Of a stretch of 64,000 nt of DNA, positions 20,086-29,380 are shown one piece after another. The DNA comes from Candidatus Eiseniibacteriota bacterium (GTDB lineage Bacteria > Eisenbacteria > RBG-16-71-46 > CAZEPH01): NCBI GenBank assembly GCA_044229145.1, contig JBGATO010000010.1, positions 10,022-74,021 of the forward strand, in the 5' to 3' direction. Each line of letters opens with the position of its first letter. Position 1 is the stretch's first letter. The notes under the pieces are model-generated. The model was not told the origin of the DNA. It was given only the letters and a program-made list of their open reading frames with translations, and ran no database searches. The translations under genes and the position numbers were made by a program.

Positions 20086-20808
20086 TCAGTCCACGCTGTA
20101 TTCCGTGTGGTCGCGCGGCGGCAGAGTCCCCAGCACGCGGTTCACCGCGTCGAGGGCCGCGACGGCGGCCGCCTGGTGAATATCGCCGCGGTCGAGGGCC
20201 GTGCCCACGAGTTCGTGCGCCGAACGCCCCTCGATGACGCGGACGGTCACCAGGGCGACTTGCCCGAGGCTGCTCTCCACCTCCCGCACGTCCTCGAGCT
20301 CGAACTCGACCCCTGAGTCGATGGCCTGCGCCACGGCGCGCAGCGTCGCTTCGGCGACGATGCGCAGCTTCGCTCCCTGCCGCAGGGTGCCGGAAGCGGA
20401 TCCGCGCAAGATTGCGTTGTCCTGACGCAGTTCGACATCCGCCCGCGCACGACCGGTCTGCAGCGACAGCGTCACGCTGTCGAGCAACGGACGCACGAGG
20501 GCAGGCGCCGCCGCAGGACGGAGGTCGAGCACCGAGGGTGTGGTCATCGTCGAACCGGCCTCCGCCAATTGCACGATCGAGATGCGCCGGTAGTCGATCG
20601 GCAGCTCGAGCGACACGTTGAGGGCGGTCACGATATCGCGCACGATGCGGTTGGCCGGCCGCGCCGCGGTGGCCATGATATGCACTTCGGTGATCTCGCT
20701 ACCGCTGGTGGTCACCCGCACGCCGCGCACATCACGGATGCGGCGGATGACCTCTTCGACCTCGGAGACCCAGCCCGGCCTCTCGTCGGCGTCTCGTGAT
20801 TCGCTCAC
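20086..20808 (-). CDS. Conserved-type hypothetical protein; C-terminal half resembles the LeuA (2-isopropylmalate synthase) allosteric domain
   Basis: RBS GGGAGG plus GTG. C-terminus ...AEATLRAVAQ...ELEDV...VALVTV...VGTALDRGDIHQAAAVAALDAVNR. Fold assignment is by eye. Confidence 0.6.
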   Translation of the reverse strand: MSESRDADERPGWVSEVEEVIRRIRDVRGVRVTTSGSEITEVHIMATAARPANRIVRDIVTALNVSLELPIDYRRISIVQLAEAGSTMTTPSVLDLRPAAAPALVRPLLDSVTLSLQTGRARADVELRQDNAILRGSASGTLRQGAKLRIVAEATLRAVAQAIDSGVEFELEDVREVESSLGQVALVTVRVIEGRSAHELVGTALDRGDIHQAAAVAALDAVNRVLGTLPPRDHTEYSVD

Positions 20809-20839
20809 TGGTGCAACCTCCCGCCCAGAGTGATGCCGC

Positions 20840-20869
20840 AGTCTAGCAAAGGGGTCCGACAGTTCTCAA
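20840..20869 (-). promoter_or_regulatory. Putative sigma70 promoter with extended -10 for the 20808 gene
   Basis: TTGAGA-N18-TAGACT, with TG-n before the -10 (TGcTAGACT). Confidence 0.55.
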
Positions 20870-20927
20870 TGCATCAGCTGGCGCACGGGATGGTCACCGC
20901 GCGATCCGTGCGCGGTCCTCGAGTCGG

Positions 20928-21836
20928 CTACGTCACGTCGAACTGCGTCAGCGCGCGCAGCCCGTGCAGCCGTTCGCGCAGGGCGTCGCGGGACGCCTGA
21001 CAGAGCCCTTCGACGCTGAAGCCTTCGACCGCATACGACGCGGTCACCACACCGCAGGCCGCGGCCCGGCGGAGCGCCGGCTCGTCGATCGCGTCGCTCT
21101 CGGCGAGATGTCCGAGGAAGCCGCCGGCGAACGAGTCGCCCGCGCCGGTGGTGTCGAGCACCTGCTGCACCGGAAACGCCGGCACCGTGAACCGGAAGTC
21201 ACGCCCGTAGAGCGCCGCGCCGTATTCGCCCATCTTCACCGCCACCACCTTCGGACCGATGTCGAGCACCGCGGCGGCGGCATCCGCGATGCGGCGGCGG
21301 CCGGTCAGCGAGATGATCTCGCCGTAATTGAGCAACGCGACGTCCACCTGCGCCAGCGCGCGGCGCAGCGCGTCCTGCTTGCGGGCAATCCAGAAGTCCA
21401 TGGTGTCGAGCACCGAGATCTTCGGTTTACGGATCTGGCGCAGGACTTCGACCTGGAGGTCCGGGTCGATGTTGGCAAGGAAGACGTACTGCGCATCGCG
21501 CCACGCATCCGGCACCACCGGGTGGAAGTGTTCGAAGACGTTGAGTTCGGTGGCCAGCGTCTCCACCGAGTTCATGTCGTCGGCGTAGCGGCCACGCCAC
21601 CGGAACGTGCGGCCCTCCGCCTTCTCGAGCCCGCTCAGGTCGACACCGCGGGTGCGCAGCAGGTCGTGGTGCTGCTGCGGAAAGTCGGTGCCGACGACGG
21701 CGACGAGATACACCGGGCAGAACAACCGCGCGGCAATCGAGAAGTACGACGCCGAGCCGCCGAGGATGTCCTCACGCCGGCCGTGCGGCGTTTCCACCGA
21801 GTCCAATGCCACGCTTCCGACCACTAGAACGCTCAC
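20928..21836 (-). CDS. PfkB-family carbohydrate kinase
   Basis: VVGSVALD, GGSASYFS, DTTGAGDSFAGGF. Confidence 0.93.
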   Translation of the reverse strand: MSVLVVGSVALDSVETPHGRREDILGGSASYFSIAARLFCPVYLVAVVGTDFPQQHHDLLRTRGVDLSGLEKAEGRTFRWRGRYADDMNSVETLATELNVFEHFHPVVPDAWRDAQYVFLANIDPDLQVEVLRQIRKPKISVLDTMDFWIARKQDALRRALAQVDVALLNYGEIISLTGRRRIADAAAAVLDIGPKVVAVKMGEYGAALYGRDFRFTVPAFPVQQVLDTTGAGDSFAGGFLGHLAESDAIDEPALRRAAACGVVTASYAVEGFSVEGLCQASRDALRERLHGLRALTQFDVT

Positions 21837-21873
21837 TGCCCGTCCTCCCGCTCCATGCGCGCCGCGGCGCGTC

Positions 21874-23538
21874 TCACATCGACTCGGGCGCCGAGACGCC
21901 CATCAGGTCCAGGCCACGCTTGACGACGATCTGGGTCGCGCGCGCCAACGCCAGGCGGGCACGCGAGAGGTCGCGGTCGTCGGAGATCACGCGGCAGTTG
22001 TGGTAGAAGGCGTGGAACGCCGTCGCCAGTTCTTGCAGGTACGTCGGCACGCGGTGCGGCTCGCGCGCCAGCGCCGCACCGAGAATCAGGCGCGGAAAGG
22101 CCGCGAGTTGCCGCATCAGCGCCAGCTCGTAGTCGTCGGTGAGCCGCGTCCACGCCACGCCGTCGCTGGCCTCCGGCAGCACCACGCCCGCCTCCGCCGC
22201 CTTGGCGGCCAACTGGGTGATGCGCGCGTGCGCATACTGCACGTAGTAGACCGGATTGGCGTCGCTCGCCTCGCGCGCCAGCGTCAGGTCGAAGTCGAGT
22301 GGACTCGAGGTGCGGCGCATCAGGAAGAAGAAGCGCGCCGCGTCCACGCCCACTTCGTCGAGCAGATCCACCAGCGTGACGAACTCGCCGGCGCGCTTCG
22401 ACATCTTCACGACTTCGCCGTCGCGCTTGAGCGTCACCTGCTGGAGGATCATCACCTCGAGCCAGTCGGCGCCGTAGCCGAGCGCCTGCGCGGCGGCCTG
22501 CATGCGGGCGACGTAGCCGTGATGGTCCGGCCCCCAGATGTCGATCACGCGCGCGAAGCCGCGCTCGTGCTTGTCGCGGTGGTAGGCGATGTCGGCGAGC
22601 AGATAGGTCGGCCGGCCATCGGCGCGCACCACGACGCGATCCTTGTCGTCGCCGTAGGGCGTCGACACGAACCACACCGCGCCATCCTCGTCGCGGAGTT
22701 GCCCGCGCTCGGCAAGCAGCGCGCGGGTTTCCTCGACGCGGCCAGCGGCATGTAGAGTCGACTCGCTGAACCACATGTCGTACTCGACGCGGAAGCGCGC
22801 AAGGTCGCTGCGCTGCGACGAACCCGAACCGGCAAGCACCGTCTGCTTCATCGGCTCACGGTCTCCCGTGCGCCACGCGGCGAACAGACGTTCGGCCTCG
22901 CCGTCACTCAACGCCTGTGCCAGGTCGGTGACGTAGGCGCCCTTGTAGCCTTCCTCGGGCAATGCCGCCGGCAAGCCGTCGGTGCCGACGCGGCCGAAGC
23001 GCTCCGCGAGGCGGAACGCGAACGATTCGGCCAGCAGATCGACCTGATTCCCAGCATCGTTGACGTAGAACTCACTCTGCGCGTCGAAGCCGGCCGCGCG
23101 CAGCAAGCGGACCAGCGTGTCCCCCACCGAGGCGGCGCGCGCGCTGACCACGTTGAGCGGACCGGTGGGATTGGCGCTGACGAACTCGACCTGCACGCGC
23201 TGTCCGGCGCCACGATCGCAGCAGCCATAGGTGTCCGGAGCGTCGAGGATGCGTGCCATCTCGGCGTGGAACGCGGCCGGCGTCAGGCGGAAGTTGAGGA
23301 AACCGGGCGGCGCGATCTCCGCCGCCTGCAGGAAGTCGTCCGCCGGCAGCGCAGCGACGATGCGCTGCGCGATGTCGAGCGGCTTCTGCTTGAGCGTCTT
23401 CGCCAACTGTAGGGCGACGGTGGTTGCGAGATCGCCGTGACGGACGTCGCGGGGCGGATCGAGTGTGACGAGTGTGCCCTCGCCGCCCGCCGCCTCGACG
23501 GCAGCAGCGACGCGGGCGCGTAGCACGTCGTCGATCAT
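21874..23538 (-). CDS. argS: Arginyl-tRNA synthetase
   Basis: HGDLAT, APPGFLNF, VEFVSANPTGPLNV, EFYVNDAGNQ, TYLLADIAYH, MSKRAG, NPVYYVQYAHAR. Confidence 0.97.
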   Translation of the reverse strand: MIDDVLRARVAAAVEAAGGEGTLVTLDPPRDVRHGDLATTVALQLAKTLKQKPLDIAQRIVAALPADDFLQAAEIAPPGFLNFRLTPAAFHAEMARILDAPDTYGCCDRGAGQRVQVEFVSANPTGPLNVVSARAASVGDTLVRLLRAAGFDAQSEFYVNDAGNQVDLLAESFAFRLAERFGRVGTDGLPAALPEEGYKGAYVTDLAQALSDGEAERLFAAWRTGDREPMKQTVLAGSGSSQRSDLARFRVEYDMWFSESTLHAAGRVEETRALLAERGQLRDEDGAVWFVSTPYGDDKDRVVVRADGRPTYLLADIAYHRDKHERGFARVIDIWGPDHHGYVARMQAAAQALGYGADWLEVMILQQVTLKRDGEVVKMSKRAGEFVTLVDLLDEVGVDAARFFFLMRRTSSPLDFDLTLAREASDANPVYYVQYAHARITQLAAKAAEAGVVLPEASDGVAWTRLTDDYELALMRQLAAFPRLILGAALAREPHRVPTYLQELATAFHAFYHNCRVISDDRDLSRARLALARATQIVVKRGLDLMGVSAPESM

Positions 23539-24019
23539 GCGCGGGATCCGGCGGTGTCCGGCGCCGCGCGGCGCGCCACATCGACGGCCACCTCGCGTCG
23601 CGCATCGCCCCACAAGCGTTCGAGCATGTAGTAGTCGCGCGCCGCCGGCTGGAAAATATGGACGACGACGTCGACGTAGTCCATCAGCACCCAGCTCGAG
23701 GCCTGGAGACCTTCGACGTGCCAGGGCTTGTCGCCACGCGAGACGCGCACCTGCTCTTCGATCTCATCGGCGATGGCGCGCACCTGGGTGTCGGTGTTGC
23801 CGGTAGCGAGCACGAAGAAGTCGGCCACCGGGGAGATGTCGCCGACGTGCAAGATGATGACGTCGGTGGCCTTCTTGGCGAGCGCGCACTGCGCCGCGTC
23901 GCGCGCCAAGGCATGCGCCGCGGCGCGCGCGCCTCCTCGAGGCTCTTGCCGGATCGTGGGCGAATCGGACTGCTGCTGATGGGAGCCTCCGTGGACGGGC
24001 GGGACGGCACCGCGCTCAT
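23535..24019 (-). CDS. rsfS: Ribosome silencing factor (probable indel near 23920)
   Basis: KKATDV, ADFFVLATG, WVLMDYVDVVVHIF, YMLERLWGDA. The ATG at 24019 is in another frame. Confidence 0.88.
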
Positions 24020-25092
24020 GTGCGACGTGCCATGACGTACGCGACGGCGTCGGCAAGCGCATCGCGCACTGGCGACGCGGGCAACTGCGTGAGCGCCTCG
24101 TGGGCGTCGGCGGCGCACTGTGCGGCGCGCTCGCGCGCCACCTCGATGCCACCGTTCTCTTGGATGAATTGCAGGACGGCGTCCCACGTCGCGTCGGAGA
24201 TGTCGCGCTGGGCGATCAGGGCACGCACCTCGTCGGCGCGCTCGCGCGGCGCGCGTGCCAGCGCGGCGATCAACGGCAACGTGATCTTGCCTTCGCGCAA
24301 GTCGGTGCCGGCCGGCTTCCCCGTCTCTTCGGACGCCGACAGATAGTCGATGAGGTCGTCGGTGATCTGGAACGCGCGGCCGATCGCCATGCCGTAGCGG
24401 CGCAGCGTGTCCACCGCGGTGCCGCCGCCGAGCAACGCGCCGATCTCGCACGAGGCCTGCACCAGCGACGCCGTCTTGTTGGTGATCATCGCCTCGTAAT
24501 CGGCTTCGGTCACGTGCACGTTGTGGCGATTCTCGAGTTGCTGCATCTCGCCAATGGACATTTCGTTGGTGGTGTCGGCGAGGATGCGCATGGCGTCCCA
24601 CAGATCGTGGTGCACGAGGGTGGAAAACGCCTTCGAGTACATGTAGTCACCCATGATGATCGACACGTCGTCGTCCCACAGGTGGTTCACGGTCGGGATG
24701 CCGCGGCGCAGCAGGCTCTTGTCGAGCGAGTCGTCGTGGATGAGCGTCGCGGTGTGCACGAGTTCGACGACGGCGGCGGCGCGGGCGCGGCGGGCGCGCG
24801 CGGCGGCATCGTCCGGCGCCGGTCCGGCGGCGTGCGCGGAGAGCAGCATCAAGGTTGGACGGAATTTCTTGCCGACGCCGATCATCACGTGCGCGGCCAC
24901 TTGTCCAATCAGGCCGGCGTTCGCGCTCAGCAACTCGATCAGAATCTCGTCGACCAGCGCGAGCTCGTCTGCGACCGCGTGCTGGAACGGCGCCAGCGGC
25001 TTCTTCCGGGGCAGGGTGCGCGCGAGCGCGGCCGCCTGGGCGGCGGCCGGGGAAACGGGCTCCACGTGCAGAGGACTTGCCGGGTGCGCCAT
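24016..25092 (-). CDS. Polyprenyl diphosphate synthase (IspB/HepT-like)
   Basis: GKKFRP, ELVHTATLIHDDSLD, RRG, NKTASL, AFQITDDLID, DLREGKITLP. Confidence 0.93.
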   Translation of the reverse strand: MAHPASPLHVEPVSPAAAQAAALARTLPRKKPLAPFQHAVADELALVDEILIELLSANAGLIGQVAAHVMIGVGKKFRPTLMLLSAHAAGPAPDDAAARARRARAAAVVELVHTATLIHDDSLDKSLLRRGIPTVNHLWDDDVSIIMGDYMYSKAFSTLVHHDLWDAMRILADTTNEMSIGEMQQLENRHNVHVTEADYEAMITNKTASLVQASCEIGALLGGGTAVDTLRRYGMAIGRAFQITDDLIDYLSASEETGKPAGTDLREGKITLPLIAALARAPRERADEVRALIAQRDISDATWDAVLQFIQENGGIEVARERAAQCAADAHEALTQLPASPVRDALADAVAYVMARRT

Positions 25093-25251
25093 TCGCCTGC
25101 CCTTTCCGGGTCTCGCCTCGCTCACGGCACCGCCACGCGGCGCCCGAGCGTCTCGTCCATCACGCACCGAACCGCCACACCGAAACGGTGCGGCGGCTCG
25201 GCCGTGACCTGCAACACCTCGGAGCGCCGCCGCAGGGCGGCGCGACGAGGA

Positions 25252-25701
25252 CTACTGCCCGAGGCTACGCACGTACGCCAAGACGTCCGCGATTTCCTGG
25301 TCCGTCATGCCCGTGGCACCCCACGCCGGCATCACGCCGCTCTTGCCGTTCTTGATCGAGTTGAACAGGTCCGCGTCAGTCTTCGTCGACATGTACGCCG
25401 TGTCGTGGAAGTTCCGCGGCTTCGGGTTGAGCGCCTTGCCGCCTTCGCCGTCACCCGTGCCGGTGGCACCGTGGCACAGCGCGCACTTGGCGGTGAAGGT
25501 GTCCTTGCCCTTTGCCGCGTCGCCGGCGGGGATCGCCGCCGGAGCCGCCGCTTCGGTCTGCGCCGGGGCGGTCTGTGCCGACGTGTCGGTGCCGCTCGCG
25601 GCCTCTTCCTTCTTGCCACCACAACCGGTCAGAGCCGGCACCACCACCACGGCGGCGAGAAGCGCTGCCGTCGAAAGCACGATCGAGAGCTTGCGTTGCA
25701 T
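25252..25701 (-). CDS. Monoheme cytochrome c, lipoprotein-anchored
   Basis: Lipobox LTGC, Ala-rich linker, CALCH heme motif, MPAW distal Met. Confidence 0.9.
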   Translation of the reverse strand: MQRKLSIVLSTAALLAAVVVVPALTGCGGKKEEAASGTDTSAQTAPAQTEAAAPAAIPAGDAAKGKDTFTAKCALCHGATGTGDGEGGKALNPKPRNFHDTAYMSTKTDADLFNSIKNGKSGVMPAWGATGMTDQEIADVLAYVRSLGQ

Positions 25702-25825
25702 CCGAGTTCTTCCTCCATCCATCAGCCACCGATTGCGTCCAGCGCCGCCGGAGGGAACGTGGCAGCGCACGCGGGTCGCGGAACGTCGCCCGCAGGCGCT
25801 TCGTCCGGATCGCAAAAGCGGCGGA

Positions 25826-25855
25826 AGTCTATGTTCGTAGCGTGGTTGCTGTCAA
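25826..25855 (-). promoter_or_regulatory. Putative sigma70 promoter for cytochrome c
   Basis: TTGACA-N18-TAGACT overlapping the cca stop codon. Confidence 0.55.
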
Positions 25856-27303
25856 TCATTCTGCCCGGGGGCAGGCGTGGCGAGCAGATCCAACAGGCGA
25901 TCGCGGGTGTTCCAATCGGGGTGCTCGATCACCGCTTCGAGCGCCCGGTCGAGCGCCTGGCGCACCGCCGGGCCGGGCGCCACGCCGAGCGCCGCCATGA
26001 CGTCCCGGCCGTCGATGGCGAGCTGCGTCCGGTCGAGTGCCGGGGCACACGCGGGCCTCCGCCTCGATCCGGCGGCGTAATCCGTCCATATACCCGGGGA
26101 AACCCTGCTTGAGGCCATTCCCCACGTAATCTGCGACACGCAAGTCGAACAGATCGCCGATGGCCTCTGGTCCGACGCGCCGCACGAAACGCCGGACCGT
26201 GGCGTCCGTCCACTCCGGCTGATAGGCGAACATGTGCTCGCGCACCAAGTGCGTCACCTGCTCGCGGTCGCGGCGGCTGGCCCGCAAGCGCTCCAGGATG
26301 CGCTCGGACAGCGTCGCGCTGACCACTTCGTGGTCGTAGAAGGTGGCATCGCCGTCGCGCATCACGCGGGTCGCGGGCTTGCCGATGTCGTGGAACAGCG
26401 CGGCCCAGCGCACCGCCGGCTTGTCGGCGGGTGCCGCGTCCACTGTGGCCAGGGTGTGGCGGAACACATCGTACGCGTGGAACCGGTTCTGCCCGACATC
26501 GCGCGTCAGGTCGAGTTCCGGCAGCACCACGGCGAGCAGCCCGGTTTCCGCCATCAGCTCGAAGGCCACCGACGGACGCGGCAGCGCGAGAATCTTCTCG
26601 AGTTCGTCGCGGACGCGTTCGGCCGCCAGACAGGCAGCGCGCGGCGCATGGCGACGCAGCGCGGCGCGCAGCCCGTCCTCGAGACGCAAATCGAGGCGCG
26701 CCGCGAAGCGCACCGCGCGCAACAGGCGCAATGCATCTTCGGCGAGACGTGCGTCGGCGTCGCCCACCGCGCGTAGCACGCCGCGGCGCAGGTCGTCGAC
26801 GCCTCCGACGTAATCGAGGATCACGCCGCGCACCGGATCGCAGGCTAGCGCGTTGACCGTGAAGTCGCGGCGCTGCACGTCCTCCGCGACCGTCGCCGCG
26901 AAGGCGATGCTGTCGGGATGCCGCGCGTCGCCGTAGCGGCCGTCGCGCCGAAAGGTCGTCACCTCGAGGGGCGCGAGTCCGCTCTCCGCCGGCAGGTGGA
27001 CGAGGACGGTGCCGAACTCCGGCGCGATCGGCGTCACCCGCGCAAACACCTGCGCGACCTCGGCCGGCGTGGCCGCGGTGGCGATGTCCTGAAGTCGTGC
27101 ACCGGCCTCGCGGAGCAGATCGCGCACCGCACCGCCGACCAGCGCGGCGTCGAAGCCGGCCTCCTGGGCAGCGCACGACAGCGGTCACGGCCGGCGGAAT
27201 GCGCGCGGCCGCCGCGGCGGCGAGCGCCGGGCACCGCGCCCGCCGCCGCGCGACGCGTCGGCCACCGTGGCCACCGGCGTGGGCGATCGTGCGTGTCGTC
27301 CAT
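25852..27303 (-). CDS. cca: CCA-adding enzyme / poly(A) polymerase family with HD domain (indels near 27120 and 26060; start approximate)
   Basis: LVGGAVRD, DVDIAT, EVTTFRRDG, DVQRRDFTVNA, EDALRLLRAVRF, AERVRDE, ALFHDIGKP. The C-terminal LAIDGRDVM is in another frame. Confidence 0.9.
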
Positions 27304-27386
27304 CCTGGCATGGTAGCAGACGGACTCACGCCGCGCGTTGACAGCACGCGCCGCCGCCGGGATGCTCGCGACATGAGGACGACTCG

Positions 27387-27893
27387 ATGACCTTCACGTA
27401 CTGCCCGCTCTGCGCCACCCCGCTCGAGCACGTGCAGCTGAAAGTGGGCGAACCGCCGCGTGACGCGTGCCCGGCCTGCGACTTCGTGCATTACGACCAG
27501 CCGGCCATCGCGGTCGGCGGCATCTTCCAGATCGACGGACGCGTTGCGCTCTTGCGCCGCGGCATCGAGCCGGGCTACGGCGATTGGGTGTTCCCCGGCG
27601 GCTACGTCGACCGCGGGGAAAGCCTCGAGGAAGCGGTGGTGCGCGAGACCCGCGAGGAGGTCGGGGTCGACGTGCGGGTGGATGGGCTGCTCAACATCTT
27701 CTCGTATCGTCGGCGCGGGCTGATCATCGCCGTGTACGAGACGTCGTTCGTGGCGGGCTCGCTGCGGGCGCTCGATGAGTCGCTGGAGGTGGCGACGTTC
27801 GCCCCGCGCGACATTCCGTGGGCGCAACTCGCGTTTCCGAGCACGCGCCACGCCATCGCCGAGTACCTCCTGCGCCGCGGGCTCCGGACGTGA
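27387..27893 (+). CDS. NUDIX hydrolase with N-terminal zinc ribbon
   Basis: CPLC...CPAC, Nudix box GGYVDRGESLEEAVVRETREEVG. Confidence 0.92.
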   Translation: MTFTYCPLCATPLEHVQLKVGEPPRDACPACDFVHYDQPAIAVGGIFQIDGRVALLRRGIEPGYGDWVFPGGYVDRGESLEEAVVRETREEVGVDVRVDGLLNIFSYRRRGLIIAVYETSFVAGSLRALDESLEVATFAPRDIPWAQLAFPSTRHAIAEYLLRRGLRT

Positions 27894-28321
27894 GGCACGC
27901 GGCGTGGGGCGTCGCGCTGCTGCTCCTGCCGGCGACCACGCACGCGGGCCCGGCGGCGGACGCCTACCGCGTCGTCTGTCGGCACGAGATCGCGCTCCTC
28001 GCGCCCGCGGTGCGCGACAGTTCCGATGCTGCACCCCACCGCCGGCTGTGGCTCGCGCCCACGACGCGCGACGAGTGGATCGCGTTCGACAAGGCGCTGC
28101 ATTTCTCGGTGAGTTATGGCGCTTTCCTTACCTTCCGTCTGGCGGAAGGCAACTCGGCCGCTGCCGCGGCGTCCGCCCTGGGGTTGGGTGTGTTGAAGGA
28201 AGCGCACGATGTGTGGTGGCGCGCCCCCGGACCGACGCAGGGCGCGAGCTGGCGCGATTTGGTGGTCGATGCACTGGGCGTCGCGGCGGGCGCCGCTGCG
28301 TGGAGCGCACTCGACCCCTGA
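27890..28321 (+). CDS. Hypothetical membrane/exported protein (YfiM/DUF2279-like)
   Basis: DKALHF...GVLKE..D...GASWRDLVVD pattern. GTG overlaps the NUDIX stop. Confidence 0.55.
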   Translation: MRHAAWGVALLLLPATTHAGPAADAYRVVCRHEIALLAPAVRDSSDAAPHRRLWLAPTTRDEWIAFDKALHFSVSYGAFLTFRLAEGNSAAAAASALGLGVLKEAHDVWWRAPGPTQGASWRDLVVDALGVAAGAAAWSALDP

Positions 28322-28329
28322 GCGGTGCA

Positions 28330-29367
28330 CTACGCCGAGTGCAGTTTGTGCGCCAAACCTTGCCGGGGATCGTCACCGCGCCCCTCGCGCGCGGCGCGGA
28401 GCGCTTCGTAAGCCGCGCGTTCCGCGCCGGACAGCGCGGGGCGGGTCGCCCATTGCAGCCGCACGAGGAGATCGCCGGCGGCCGCACCCGCGCGCCCCGG
28501 CAACCCCTGGCCGCGCACGCGGAGCAAACTGCCGATACTCGCGCCTTCGGGGACGGTCAGGCGGACCGAACCGGTGAGCGTCGGCACGTCGATGCGCGCG
28601 CCGAGCGCCACTTCGTGGTCGAGGACCGGAACGTCGACCACCACGTCGCGGCCACGAACCTCGATTCCCGGCGGCAGCACGTACCGCACCGTGAGGTGGA
28701 TCTCTTGACCTCCGGGGCGCACGCGCAACACGGCGCCGTTCTCGATGCCGGCCGGAATCCGCACGTCGAGCGTGCGCGGCTCGCCGGAGACACCGCGTCC
28801 CCCGCACGTCGGACACACGGTGTGGCTCATGGCGACGCGGCGGCGGCCCTGCGACGCGTGCTGGGTCACGGTGCCGCGCCCTCGACAGGTGGCGCACGGC
28901 GCCGAACGCACGGAGAGCCGCCGCTGGGCTCCGTGCAAGACATCCTGCAGCGACACCTCCACGGTAGCCTCGGCGGGCGCGCTGGTAGGGGCAGCAGCGG
29001 AGACATCCCCGAAGACGTCGCCCATGCCGCCGAACATCGACCCGCCCGCGCCGCCGAAGAAGAGATCGAAGAAGTCGCTGAAGCCTGATGCATGCGTCCC
29101 CGAGGCGCCGGATGCGCGGCCGCCTCCGCCGCCCTGCGTCGCGCGCTCCCAATCGGGACCGAGCTGATCGTAGCGACGGCGCTTCTCGGCGTCGCCGAGT
29201 ACGGCGTAGGCCTCGGAAATCTGCTTGAAGCGCTCCGCCGATCCGGGATCGCCCTTGTTGACGTCCGGATGGTGCTGTTTCGCGAGGCGGCGGTACGCGC
29301 TCTTGATCTCGGATTCCGATGCGCCGCGCGTGACTCCCAGCGTGGCGTAGTAATCTTGAAACTGCAC
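28330..29367 (-). CDS. DnaJ/CbpA-like co-chaperone with only two CxxCxGxG motifs
   Basis: DYYATLG, HPD, G/F region (FSDFFDLFFGG), CATCRGRG, CPTCGGRG, C-terminal domain (LRVRGQG, GDLLV). Confidence 0.88.
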   Translation of the reverse strand: MQFQDYYATLGVTRGASESEIKSAYRRLAKQHHPDVNKGDPGSAERFKQISEAYAVLGDAEKRRRYDQLGPDWERATQGGGGGRASGASGTHASGFSDFFDLFFGGAGGSMFGGMGDVFGDVSAAAPTSAPAEATVEVSLQDVLHGAQRRLSVRSAPCATCRGRGTVTQHASQGRRRVAMSHTVCPTCGGRGVSGEPRTLDVRIPAGIENGAVLRVRPGGQEIHLTVRYVLPPGIEVRGRDVVVDVPVLDHEVALGARIDVPTLTGSVRLTVPEGASIGSLLRVRGQGLPGRAGAAAGDLLVRLQWATRPALSGAERAAYEALRAAREGRGDDPRQGLAHKLHSA

Positions 29368-29380
29368 TCTCGTCCTCCGC

